From Mizuhopecten yessoensis (Eukaryota): DNA of 64,000 bases. The stretch lies in assembly GCF_002113885.1 (NCBI RefSeq), contig NW_018408351.1:763546-827545 (forward strand). The letters are read 5' to 3'. Both the position numbers and the translations under genes were made by a program. Positions 29,655 to 42,519 of this stretch are shown in pieces. Numbering within the stretch: the stretch's first letter is position 1; every line of letters begins with the position of its first letter. The notes beneath the pieces were generated by a model. That model was not told where the DNA came from. It worked only from the letters and a program-made list of their open reading frames with translations, and did no database searches.

Positions 29655-31055
29655 GTCACATGTGCAATAGGTGTTATATCTCGGAGTATGGCTGGATGAA
29701 AATCGAACTCTCTAAAAGGCTGTTATGGAAATTTCTAAATCAGCAAGTCGGCTTTAGGAGTAAATTCATATCCAATGGAGTGATGACGTATTCGGTATAC
29801 ACTAAGCTGTATAACTCCTTAGTGGAACCAGTAGTAGCATATGGGGCACGAAGGAACACAGTATCATCAGTCAAGTGCAAAACAAGGCCTGTAGGTGTTT
29901 TGTTTTGGTCGGTATACGTCCAATATAGCCACTCGGGGGGACATGGGGTGGCATATACAAAACAGCGAATTCATACGGCTTATGTGCAAGCTACTTCGTG
30001 CCGACAACAGAATTTCTACAAAAATTATGAAATGGTCATCCAGGAGGAGGAGAGGATGGTGTTCAAGTGTACATTTATATAAATGTATAGATTCCATTGA
30101 CGGTCATCCTATACTCAATGATCAGTCATTATCATACAAGTGTGCTACAAAACATTTATCTGTAAAATTAAAAACCTAGATGCGGAGGAATGGAGGAACT
30201 ATTTAATGACACGAGAAATAGGACGAATGGTAATAAACTTAGGACATATAGAACTTTTAAAAAAAAACTCTCCTGAAGTGGAACCATATGTTTGTCAAAA
30301 CTTTCATCATTTCTCAGCGGAAACTAACCCCTGGCAATCGAGACCGGCAGGTACTCCAGACCGCCTTTACCATTAGTGGAAACACTGTGTAAACTATGTG
30401 ATAGTCAGGAAATAGAAGAGGAAAGACACCTCCTCGTGAAATATCCACGATATGATGATATTAGGTTTGAACTTTTTTCCGTGGCCACGGGAAAAAATCC
30501 AGATTTCGCAATGTTAGACGAGGAACAGAAATTCATCACCATAATGAACTGTAATAGCATCCAGACTCGGCTTTTAGCTTGTTTATTACAGTAGACGCAA
30601 AGCACATATAGTGCAGTGGTATCATCTATTTCATACAGTACAGTGATTTCAACTAGGTGAATAGTATCTATAGTGCATCATTAGAAACTACTAATTAACT
30701 TGATTATCATGTAATTTAAAAGCTTTTGTTTTCTTTTTTATCATTATTAATATCAATTTTGAATTTGAATAGTAATGGGATACTTGGAGATGTTCTCAGT
30801 ATAGGATGTCTTGCACAGGTTATTGATATTTAACTATTATGAAACCACATGTCATCATCCTGAACTACTAAAAGTTTTTCCCTGATAATGTTTTATAGAT
30901 GGAACACAAAAGTAACATCTTTCTATAAGTATTTTAGGTGGGGTTTTTTTACGATGAAATGATATGTATCATGTGTTTTAATAGTGTTGTTTTACTGTGA
31001 ATTAATTTGTGACAATTTAATATAATAATTTCATTATTATTATTATTATTATATA
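29655..31055 (+). mobile_element. Older, frameshifted non-LTR retrotransposon fragment
   Basis: Pieces YTKLYNSLVEPVVAYGA, NIATRGDMGW and LCKLCDSQEIEEERHLLVKYPRYDDIR lie across frameshifts. A possible (att)n tail is at 31035-31052. Boundaries are approximate. Confidence 0.7.
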
Positions 31056-31826
31056 TATGGGCATCACCTGTAGACAAACAGGTGGCTGTCATCACTACAG
31101 GAGAATTATATATATATATGATATATACTACTAGTATTGGTATGACTAACACGTGCGTTTGGAGAATATTTACAGGCGGAAGGTTCTGATTGTTAACGTA
31201 TTGGCTATAAATACAGGGAGAGTTTTAAATGCATTCATTCCAGAAAACGATAGCTCAGCAATTATACACATAGCTGTGTTAAAGAATGCGGTGTGCAGCG
31301 TAGGAGTGCAGCGACTCAAACAAATAGGCAAACTAGCTGATGAAGAAATAAAACGAGGCACACGCTAGTATTCCAGTTACGTCCGTACATGATTACTTCC
31401 CGGTTTACTCATTCGTTTTGGACCCAGGTTTGTTCGTATCATGAAATGTAAGTCATCAGCTGCAGATAAAACAGGAGTAGTAAGGACTGGCCATTTTAAC
31501 GTGTCGAAGTTTAAAAGAGGAGGTATTGAAATAGTTGACGGTATTAGTCAATTACCATGACTAATACCTAAACTGTGGCACCTGGTAACACTCATCTCTG
31601 TCGGGCCGTCAGCTCAGCAACGAGGGGGGACGGGGGAGGCGTTCTGGGAGAGCATTTCAGGCATGAGGTCCTCTCGACAGGGGCCAATACCTGACCCACG
31701 ATATATCGACTCACTTATCTACACGTGGTCAGCTGTGGTCAGCAGTGGTCACATGTCTATATGGGTGGCATTACGGTTCACAAGGTTCCCAGGGCGGCAT
31801 TACGTTAATCTGCGTGACATTATGTA

Positions 31827-31962
31827 ACTACTAAATTCATTAGAGTGTGAGTGTTTCTAGGATCAACCCGATGGTAAGCACTATCACCCAAGACGAACCC
31901 GAGGGTGACAGTGATATCCGTGGGGTGACCCTAGGCTCTGTCACACTCTAATGAGTGTAGTA
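31827..31962. mobile_element. Imperfect long palindrome, probable terminus of a non-autonomous DNA element
   Basis: tcattagagtgtga (31837-31850) pairs with tcacactctaatga (31941-31954). The inner arms cactatcaccc / gggtgacagtg also pair. Confidence 0.55.
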
Positions 31963-32387
31963 TTTATTTTATTAAACAGAAGGTCAACATGGCGGCTGAA
32001 TTGAACAGTGTTAGAGGTGTCTCGTCATCACACACATAGTGCCACTAAACACTTCCGGTTTCCAAATATGGAGACACAGAGAGGGACTTCCCCGGTGGAT
32101 ATATTGTGATTATGTACTTTATCATTAAACTTCTCTAAAAATCTCTAAACTTCAGGACATCCATCCCTCGCCGGGAAATTCTTTTCTATCGTGAATAAAA
32201 AATAGTGTAAGGTACCTTACTTTTCTGCATGTAAAATTACTTCTGAAACGTTGTCAATTGCTTAGGGACATTTTTAAACGTTTAGTGTACATCAGCATAG
32301 TTTTTTAAATAACTATCATGACTCTGATTCTGTATCACTTTGTAAAGCCAACAATGCACAAATCACAGGTAAATGTAGCATATAAAA

Positions 32388-33205
32388 TTAACTCTAACAC
32401 GAATCACGAGTATAATTTGTGTGGTAGTATGTAACATTAACTCTAGCACGAATCACGAGTATAATTTGTGTGGTAGTATGTAACATTAACTCTAACACGA
32501 ATCACGAGTATAATTTGTGTGGTAGTGTGTAACATTAACTCTAACACGAATCACGAGTATACTTTGTGTGGTAGTATGTAACATTAACTCTAACACGAAT
32601 CACGAGTATACTTTGTGTGGTAGTATGTAACATTAACTCTAACACGAATCACGAGTATACTTTGTGTGGTAGTATGTAACATTAACTCTAACACGAATCA
32701 CGAGTATACTTTGTGTGGTAGTATGTAACATTAACTCTAACACGAATCACGAGTATACTTTGTGTGGTAGTATGTAACATTAACTCTAACACGAATCACG
32801 AGTATACTTTGTGTGGTAGTATGTAACATTAACTCTAACACGAATCACGAGTATACTTTGTGTGGTAGTATGTAACATTAACTCTAACACGAATCACGAG
32901 TATACTTTGTGTGGTAGTATGTAACATTAACTCTAACACGAATCACGAGTATACTTTGTGTGGTAGTATGTAACATTAACTCTAACACGAATCACGAGTA
33001 TAATATGTGTGGTAGTATGTAACATTAACTCTAACACGAATCACGAGTATAATTTGTGTGGTAGTATGTAGCATTAACTCTAACACGAATCACGAGTATA
33101 CTTTGTGTGGTAGTGTGTAACATTAACTCTAACACGAATCACGAGTATAATTTGTGTGGTAGTATGTAACATTAACTCTAACACGAATCACAGGTATACT
33201 TAGTG
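32388..33205. repeat. Highly homogeneous minisatellite, 49-bp unit (attaactctaacacgaatcacgagtatactttgtgtggtagtatgtaac), about 16 copies
   Basis: Period 49 at 32391/32440. Confidence 0.95.
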
Positions 33206-34094
33206 TGGCAGTTACATGAATAACGGTTATACTTGTGAATGGGTATCATACAAAGTACATAAATTAGTCGAAATGTAATAGTTCTAGGTCTTTCAATACT
33301 CTAAACTAGCAGTTTCTGAATCCATACGTCCTATCCCAGTAACCATTAAGTATGTGAGTATTTTTAGAAGATATAGTAGATAAAATATCGCCACTCCTGC
33401 ATGCATAATCGATGCGTCACAAATAGGTAGCTAGTGGCGGACAAGTGTTTATTTTGGCTCTTTTGAAAGTTGTATATGTAAGAAAGCGATACAGAGTATA
33501 ATGTGTGTCCTGTGTCGAGGCGGACAGGCCACATTGAGGACTATTCATAAAGGTTGGCACTTAAACCCCCCATCTGGTGTCTAACTTGTTTTTATAAACC
33601 ATTATTTATGTGATATAAAATAATTGTTTGTTCTTACTAACATATATCGTCTCAAAGCCTGTCTAAATAAAATTAGCGTTGTTAAATTTTGCTTTTGGCA
33701 CAACTCACAAAAGCGCTACTGAAGAGTCCGTACTGCTGATGCAGCTCTATCCTTGTATAGCCTGTAACGATAAGATATACAACACCTCCCCTCCATCAAA
33801 AAGACAACCAGACTACCTGAGCAAAGTTCGATGTCCCCACTTCTGCTATGTATTTCTCTGTTATTTATCTAATTAGCACGTGAAATGTACAGCCATACTG
33901 TAGTGTATTTCTATTTAGCATTCTCTGTAGAAATACTTACAATTGTACCTGTACAAAGCTACGCCATTGGGGTGGTTATAACCTATCTATGTAATGGGTT
34001 GAACTGTTTGGAAAATTTGAAAGTAGAATCTCATTTAATGTTTAATGGTGCATAACAATGTAAGCCATGGAGAAGATTATGATGCTGTTATATA

Positions 34095-34290
34095 TGTCAC
34101 AGAAACCTGGTTATGGTACCGTAATGTAGGTCACAGAGACCTGGTTATGGTACCGTAATGTAGGTCACAGTGACCTGGTTATGGTACCGTAATGCAGGTC
34201 ACAGAGACCTGGTTATGGTACCGTAATGTAGGTCACAAGGACCTGGTTATTGTGCCGTAATGTAGATCACAGAAACCTGGTCATGGTGCA
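34095..34290. repeat. Tandem repeat, ~34-bp unit (gtcacagagacctggttatggtaccgtaatgtag) x6, possibly within a decayed Helentron-type element extending to ~34815
   Basis: Direct repetition is clear. The element assignment rests only on ggtcacagtgacct-type motifs and is tentative. Confidence 0.7.
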
Positions 34291-35134
34291 TGACACACCT
34301 TTATCCCTAGATGTAACAACGAGTGAAGTTTGGTAAACCTCAAATAAAGCACAAGGGAATTGTTATGTCCCGGAAATTACTGTCCCTTCCTGTTCAGTTG
34401 AATGGAACATACAGGTCACTGTGACCTGATGCAAATTACACCATCATCATTGGACCTAATGGCATTTGAACAGGTTGGTGAACCTGCATGAACAATGTCC
34501 AGCAGTCATAGCCTAAAATTCGGCTTACGTTTCTGTTGAGAGGAGTAGAAACTATGTGAGCCAATGTGCAAAGTCATAATGTAATACACAACATTCACCA
34601 TATATGGGTCACGTGGTATGGATTTGGCAGACGATAAACTTTCACCCCTTAAAGAATATGACGTTTGGTGAATGCAAAAGGTCCAGGGCTCGGAACTTCC
34701 TATGTTCTATGATCACTTACTTTCACTTCAGAATAATGGAAACCAAGGAATTATGGCATGATATGTCATACAGGCTCTATCCTTACATCTGAAGGGGGCT
34801 GGAATTATTAAAAGAAGTGATTTTGTGCAGGTTGAGAAATATGAAAACCAAGATATTACGATACACACAGAGCTAAGATCCAGCGCGTGCATTTCTCGTG
34901 ATTTGTGTATTACATAACAGCCCCGGCACGTAAATCCGCGCCAATACCTTGGCCTTTAGCCTCTCTGACTCGTCTCAGCAGAAACATACCACAGACATCG
35001 ACCACTTCAAAGCAGCCGATGTTATGTTCTTATTTTACTAGTTTCTGCATACCTTCATCGATATGTTTTTCGGAAGTAAATGTTAATACTCTGGCACAAA
35101 AATAGTCTACAAATTTCTGTCTATGTGGTATAGC

Positions 35135-36012
35135 AATCCACCCCCGTGAGGTGGTACGTGATACAGGTATATTCCAATCACCCCATGCCCTTGAGGTGGT
35201 ACGTGATACAGGTATATTCCAATCCCCCCACGCCCGTGAGGTGGTACGTGATACAGGTATATGCCAATCACCCCATGCCAGTGAGGTGGTACGCGACACA
35301 GGTATATCCCAATCACCCCACGCCCGTGAGGTGGTACGTGATGCAGGTATATTCCAATCACCCCATGCCCTTGAGGTGGTACGTGATACAGGTATATTCC
35401 AATCCCCCCATGCCCGTGAGGTGGTACGTGATACATGTATATCCCAATCACCCCACGCCCGTGAGGTGGTACGTGATACAGGTATATGCCAATCACCCCA
35501 TGCCAGTGAGGTGGTACGCGACACAGGTATATCCCAATCACCCCACGCCCGTGAGGTGGTACGTGATGCAGGTATATTCCAATCACCCCATGCCCTTGAG
35601 GTGGTACGTGATACAGGTATATTCCAATCCCCCCACGCCCGTGAGGTGGTACGTGATACAGGTATATGCCAATCACCCCATGCCAGTGAGGTGGTACGCG
35701 ACACAGGTATATCCCAATCACCCCACGCCCGTGAGGTGGTACGTGATACAGGTATATTCCAATCACCCCATGCCCGTGAGGTGGTACGTGATACAGGTAT
35801 ATTCCAATCACCCCACGCCCGTGAGGTGGTACGTGATACAGGTATATTCCAATCACCCCATGCCCTTGAGGTGGTACGTGATACAGGTATATTCCAATCA
35901 CCCCATGCCCGTGAGGTGGTACGTGATACAGGTATATGCCAATCACCCCATGCCAGTGAGGTGGTACGCGACACAGGTATATCCCAATCACCCCACGCCC
36001 GTGAGGTGGTAC
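35135..36012. repeat. Minisatellite, 45-bp unit (gaggtggtacgtgatacaggtatattccaatcaccccatgcccgt), about 19 copies
   Basis: A 15-aa period is seen in four overlapping ORFs on both strands. Confidence 0.95.
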
Positions 36013-36230
36013 ACGTATCCCAATTCCCCGTATCTGTCACCGTCTGTCTGTATGACGTTTACCGGAATCTGTTACCGTCTATATGACGTTTACCGGGATC
36101 TGTGACCATCTACATGACGTGTACCGGAATCTGTGACCGTCAAATGACGTTTACCTGTATTTGTTACCGTCTATATGATATTAACCGGTATCTGTGACCG
36201 TCTATATGAAGTTTACCGATATCTGTCACC

Positions 36231-37720
36231 AAGTTCAAGTTCAAGTTCTTTATTACCTTGGGTCGTTTGACTCATCGGTTTCAAAAGTAAGATATATTTA
36301 CAATATCTACAGACAATACATAGAGAATAATACATGCCTTTTTCCATATCACACCCAGTATCAACCCGAGACTGCAATATCAGCCCGCGGGCCTTTGGCC
36401 CTTGGGCTGATATTGCAGTCTCGGGTTAATACTGGGTGTGATATGGAAAAAGGCGTGTTTTATTCTGTTTATTACATACTTACTAATAAAAACTACTAAC
36501 TTATGATTTATTTTCATTTTTGGAATATTGAAAAATGTTTTTTTTTTCAAATGGGGTGTGATATGGGTTTTGCGGGCTGATATGGGTTTTGGGGTGTGAT
36601 ACGGCGGGGGCTGATACGGGTTTTGGGGTGTGATACGGCGAGGGCTGATATGGGTTAGAGCAATTGTGTCGTATCGCATATACAAAAACCCGTATTTATT
36701 AGTAAGTATGTAATAAAATCCAATACNNNNNNNNNNNNNNNNNNNNNNNNNNNNNNNNNNNNNNNNNNNNNNNNNNNNNNNNNNNNNNNNNNNNNNNNNN
36801 NNNNNNNNNNNNNNNNNNNNNNNNNNNNNNNNNNNNNNNNNNNNNNNNNNNNNNNNNNNNNNNNNNNNNNNNNNNNNNNNNNNNNNNNNNNNNNNNNNNN
36901 NNNNNNNNNNNNNNNNNNNNNNNNNNNNNNNNNNNNNNNNNNNNNNNNNNNNNNNNNNNNNNNNNNNNNNNNNNNNNNNNNNNNNNNNNNNNNNNNNNNN
37001 NNNNNNNNNNNNNNNNNNNNNNNNNNNNNNNNNNNNNNNNNNNNNNNNNNNNNNNNNNNACAATACAATACAATACATGCAATACATACAATACAATACC
37101 AGCAATGTACAAACAGTATGGAGAGTGTAACAAATTAAGTTAATTGGTTTCTTCTTACATTTGCCGCTTTTATATATTTGGCCAAATTGACAAGTTCTTT
37201 TGTGTTATTTACATTAAATAGATTTATCATTTTAAACATACTTGTTTTTTTTACATAGTACTTTTTCAAAAATTTAACACGCAAATCCGAATAACATGGA
37301 CATTTCAACATAAAATGAAACTCATCTTCAACGTCATTTAAATTACATACAGTACACACTCTAAGACTACGCTCAATATTTTGATATCTACCTTTTTCTA
37401 TATTTAGATTATGAGCAGATAACCTAATTTTTGTAATCTCTTTCAAATATTCTCTAGATAATGGTTTTCTTAAGTAACACTGTAAATCAAACCGGTTATA
37501 AAGATATGTATAGATATATCCCTTTGAAGATGTTCTTACGTTTTCTTTGCATTCTTGTCTATATATATCAATAAGTCTTTCTCTAATAACATTATAACAC
37601 ATATCATCATTTATTTCTGTTTCCCATATGTAACCAAGGCCAATTCTAAATAAATCATTTTTTATGTTTAAAACCCATTTATCCTTATTCTCTAACATAT
37701 CTCTATATGACATGTAGTGG
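36231..37720 (-). mobile_element. 5'-truncated non-LTR retrotransposon (RTE-X-like) with open ORF2 C-terminus
   Basis: ORF 37135..37761 contains RLSAHNLNIEKGRY...RVCTVCNLNDVEDEFHFMLKCPCY. The minus-strand tail aataaa(gaactt)n is at 36231-36254. It is flanked by tatctgtcacc at 36220-36230 and 37721-37731. Confidence 0.88.
36324..36720. mobile_element. Palindrome-capped non-autonomous DNA element nested in the LINE 3' UTR
   Basis: A hairpin with 70-bp arms and a TTT loop spans 36324-36466. A perfect 23-bp inverted repeat lies at 36468-36490 / 36695-36717. Confidence 0.75.
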
Positions 37721-40700
37721 TATCTGTCACCGTCTATATGACATTTACCGGTATCTGTCACCGACTATATGACGTGAACAGGTATCTGTCACCGTCTATA
37801 TGATGTGTTCTGGTATCTGTCACCGTCTATATGACATTTACCGGTATCTGTCAGCGACTATATGACGTGAAAAGTGCATGTTTATCCCGGCTGTCTATAT
37901 CACGTGTATAAGAAGCAGAAGTCTATATTACGTGTAAAGGTATGTCACGCTGTCTATATGCTCTGAATAAATATCAGACGTCTATATAACGTGTAAAGGT
38001 ATCTGTCACCATCTATATTACGTGTAAAGGTATCTGTTACCGTCTATATTACGTGTAAAGGTATGTCCCGCTGTCTTTATAACGTGTAAAAGTATATCCC
38101 CACTGTCTATATGACCTGTATACGTATCAAACGTCTACATATGTATATTACGTGTAAAGGTATCTGTCGCCATCTATATAACGTGAAAAGTACATGTATA
38201 TCCCGGCTGTCTATATGACGTGTATAAGTAGCAGAAGTATATATAACGTGTAAAGGTATCTGTCACCATCTATATTCCGTGTAAAGGTATGCCCCGACAT
38301 CTTTATAACGTTTAAAGGTATATCCCCGCTGTCTATATGACGTGTTTAAGTAGCAGACGTCTATATAACGTGTAAAGGTATCTGTCTACATCTATATTGC
38401 GTGTTAAGGTATGTCCCGCCATCTTTATAACGTGTAAAGGTATATCCCCGCTGTCTATATGACGTGTTTAAGTATCAGACGTCTATATAACGTGTAAAGG
38501 TATCTGTTTCCATCTACATAACGTGTTAAAGTATCTGTCTCCATCTGTATAACGTGTAAAGGTATCTGGCGCCGTTTATATGACGTGTAAAGGTATCTGT
38601 CTACATCTACATAACGTGTAAAGGTATCTGTCTACATCTATATAACGTGTAAGGTTATCTGCCGCCGTCTATATGACGTGTAAAGGTATATCCCCGCTGT
38701 CTATATGACGTGTTTAAGTATCAGACGTCTATATAACGTGTAAAGGTCTCTGTCACCATCTATATTACGTGTTAAGGTATGTCCCGCTGTCTTTATAACG
38801 TGTACAGGTATCTGTCTACATCTATATAACGTGTAAGGGTATCTGCCGCCGTCTATATGACGTGTAAAGGTATATGTCTACATCTACATAACGTGTAAAG
38901 GTATCTGTCTACATCTATATAACGTGTAAGGGTATCTACCTCCGTCTATATAACGTGTAAATGTATCTGTCTACATCTACACAATGTGTAAAGGTATCTG
39001 TCTACATCTACATAACGTGTAAAGGTATCTGTCTATATCTATATAACGTGTAAGGGTATCTGCCGCCGTCTATATAACGTGTAAAGGTATCTGTCTAAAT
39101 CTATATAACGTGTAAATGTATCTGTCTACATCTACATAACGTGTAAGGGTATCTGTCTACATCTATATAACGTGTAAAGGTATCTGGCGCCGTCTATATG
39201 ACGTGTAAATGTATCTGTCTACATCTACACAACGTGTAAAGGTATCTGTCTGCATCAACATAACGTGTAAAGGTATATGTCTACATCTACATAACGTGTA
39301 AGGGTATATGTCTACATCTACATAACGTGTAAAGATAATTATGTCCCTACTGTCTATATGACATGTATATACCGCCGTTTAAATGACGTATAAAGTATCC
39401 CCGCCGTTTCTATGACAAGAACATGTGTCAGCTGCCTTTTTTATGACATGTTTCCGGTAACTCATCATATTTTGGTGTCAGAAGTAATCCACCGTTACAT
39501 TATCTGTGACGCGGTACATATATCGGTGTAAAGTCCTCGTCCTTCCTGTTGCCTCTTTCGGTTACATCTAGAATGTATTGCTGAAAGTAATACACATGTT
39601 GTTCTATATATAACTGAGATATCGGCAATGTTACACCCTGTCGAGGGTAAGAAACTAGAACTGCACGAGAAGGGGTAATGACTACATGTGCCACGTCCTC
39701 GTGTTGGGGACGTTGGGATAAGTATAGACGGTTCCCACGACGCCTGGGACCTTTATGGCAAATTCTTACGTGAATGGGTAGTATGACCTATGTCGTCACG
39801 TGCACGTACGGGTCGTTCCTAAGGAAACTAAATCTAATTGGGATGCTACGGAATCTCGCTTTTCCATGTTTACCAGCGTTAATCGCCCTTCTTCCCCCTC
39901 CCCAGCTAGACCCCCCCCCCCCCCCCNNNNNNNNNNNNNNNNNNNNNNNNNNNNNNNNNNNNNNNNNNNNNNNNNNNNNNNNNNNNNNNNNNNNNNNNNN
40001 NNNNNNNNNNNNNNNNNNNNNNNNNNNNNNNNNNNNNNNNNNNNNNNNNNNNNNNNNNNNNNNNNNNNNNNNNNNNNNNNNNNNNNNNNNNNNNNNNNNN
40101 NNNNNNNNNNNNNNNNNNNNNNNNNNNNNNNNNNNNNNNNNNNNNNNNNNNNNNNNNNNNNNNNNNNNNNNNNNNNNNNNNNNNNNNNNNNNNNNNNNNN
40201 NNNNNNNNNNNNNNNNNNNNNNNNNNNNNNNNNNNNNNNNNNNNNNNNNNNNNNNNNNNNNNNNNNNNNNNNNNNNNNNNNNNNNNNNNNNNNNNNNNNN
40301 NNNNNNNNNNNNNNNNNNNNNNNNNNNNNNNNNNNNNNNNNNNNNNNNNNNNNNNNNNNNNNNNNNNNNNNNNNNNNNNNNNNNNNNNNNNNNNNNNNNN
40401 NNNNNNNNNNNNNNNNNNNNNNNNNNNNNNNNNNNNNNNNNNNNNNNNNNNNNNNNNNNNNNNNNNNNNNNNNNNNNNNNNNNNNNNNNNNNNNNNNNNN
40501 NNNNNNNNNNNNNNNNNNNNNNNNNNNNNNNNNNNNNNNNNNNNNNNNNNNNNNNNNNNNNNNNNNNNNNNNNNNNNNNNNNNNNNNNNNNNNNNNNNNN
40601 NNNNNNNNNNNNNNNNNNNNNNNNNNNNNNNNNNNNNNNNNNNNNNNNNNNNNNNNNNNNNNNNNNNNNNNNNNNNNNNNNNNNNNNNNNNNNNNNNNNN

Positions 40701-42519
40701 NNNNNNNNNNNNNNNNNNNNNNNNNNNNNNNNNNNNNNNNNNNNNNNNNNNNNNNNNNNNNNNNNNNNNNNNNNNNNNNNNNNNNNNNNNNNNNNNNNNN
40801 NNNNNNNNNNNNNNNNNNNNNNNNNNNNNNNNNNNNNNNNNNNNNNNNNNNNNNNNNNNNNNNNNNNNNNNNNNNNNNNNNNNNNNNNNNNNAAATATAT
40901 AATCAGAGCGTGCGCCATCTTGATACGTTTCATAAGCACCCACATGAGGGAACCCACCCCCTCTACTGCCGTGCGGAACTTGCGCCCGGCGTGAAGTGCT
41001 GTTTATTTTTCACATCATGAGGAGCTGCTATGTAACTACAAGCCGCCAGACTTTGATCACCCCCTCCTACTATCTGCCTGTTAGTAAATGGTGAGGGAGG
41101 GAGCGTCTATGGTGACGACAGATCCAGTGGGGAGGTCTGTTCCCACGTAATGTCTCGCTGTGCGAACCGTATACATATCCTTTTAGGCACAGCACCTTTA
41201 TTGTGAACAATTGACTGTTATTCTATCCAAATAAGGTACATGTACAGTATGTAACTGTAGGAAGAAAATAATTGCTTTTATTTGTATTGGCAAAGGCATT
41301 TATAAAAGGCTCTTACTGTATTATCGGATTTCTCGCGAAATATTGAATCGTATATTTGATAACCTCACTTGGTGATTTTTATTACATCAGTTTTATTAGG
41401 TAGTGAAATCAATGAGACTTTGATTTTTAAGGGAGATCATTCATATTTAATTTCGAATAATTGGAATTTTTATACAAACTTATGTAAAAATCTGGCAACG
41501 GTAAATGTCCGTAAAGTTTGTCTGTTTCTTAGAAAACTTCTGCATTTTGTCCATCTATATTTTGGACTAATATTTTTTTTACTGACAAAGAGCAAGTTAA
41601 GAAAGAAAAGTTGTCAAGTTTATTACAGACTGGTCGGTAAATATTGAAACGTTTGGTAGTGAGGGGATTATGCATTTATTATCATACTGTATAGACAAAT
41701 GCTCCATAGTTTGGCAGTGAAGAGACCATTGTAATATTGTATGTGAAGGTCACATATTTTGTTATTGAGATAAGTGAGTTCACTTGTCTGAATATAAAGC
41801 TGGCGAAGATTGACACGATCTAACACCAAAAAGGTACATTAACAAGCTAAGAACATTTTGAACAAAAACAACGTTTTTATTATTTAAAGCATGAACTGAA
41901 ATATTTCCCTTTACAGAAACTATTTGAAGACATATTCTGATTAATTCTTTTACAAAAAAAAAAGAAAATCAGCAAAATATCTCCAATTCTAACATCTATA
42001 AGCTTCACACAGATAATTTGTGATATTCTGACCTGCTCTATTGCTGATACAGCTGTATACGTTAGTTTATGGTCTAGTTATCGCCACAAAGGCCGGGCTG
42101 TACGTGGTTATTATTATATGTGTTCCAGGTTTGCTTTTTGAGGCCATTATCGTATCATCACACTCGTTATATGTATTAGTCCACGAAATGTGGTTATTTT
42201 TGTACTTGCTACGGTTGCTGTTTTTTATGGCTCTTTGTACTTAAACCAGATCATGAACACAAGGTGAAAGTGCTGTTCTGTTTCATGGTGGTTCATATAG
42301 CATTGTGATTGCTAAAGCTGTTTGCTGTCATATAATCTATACATGTATATAATGGTTATGATTAAATTATGCCCTTCTATAAACGAAATGACACAATGAA
42401 TGTGTACGGTTTGGTGAAACTTTTTAGACAGTTTCTATGTGTTTCAAGAATTACGCTAATTCGTATTTGAGTAACAACAGTTACTAAGTATTTGAGTTCT
42501 TACGGTAACGCAATGTTTG

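Larger units (their letters stand above)
36015..39420. repeat. Minisatellite, 31-bp unit (gtatctgtcaccgtctatatgacgtgtaaag), split by LINE at 36231-37720
   Basis: Units lie at 36015-36230 and 37721-39420, with period 31 at 37751/37782. Confidence 0.9.

Noticed and set aside
24398-33205. Regularly spaced repeats as possible CRISPR arrays
   Set aside because: The units are contiguous with no unique spacers, there are no cas genes, and the context is eukaryotic.
35030-36105. Four overlapping ~300-aa repetitive ORFs
   Set aside because: A 45-bp unit lacking stops in several frames on both strands explains them. There is no unique flanking coding sequence.
39774-41020. ORFs of 345-406 aa
   Set aside because: They consist almost entirely of the N gap.
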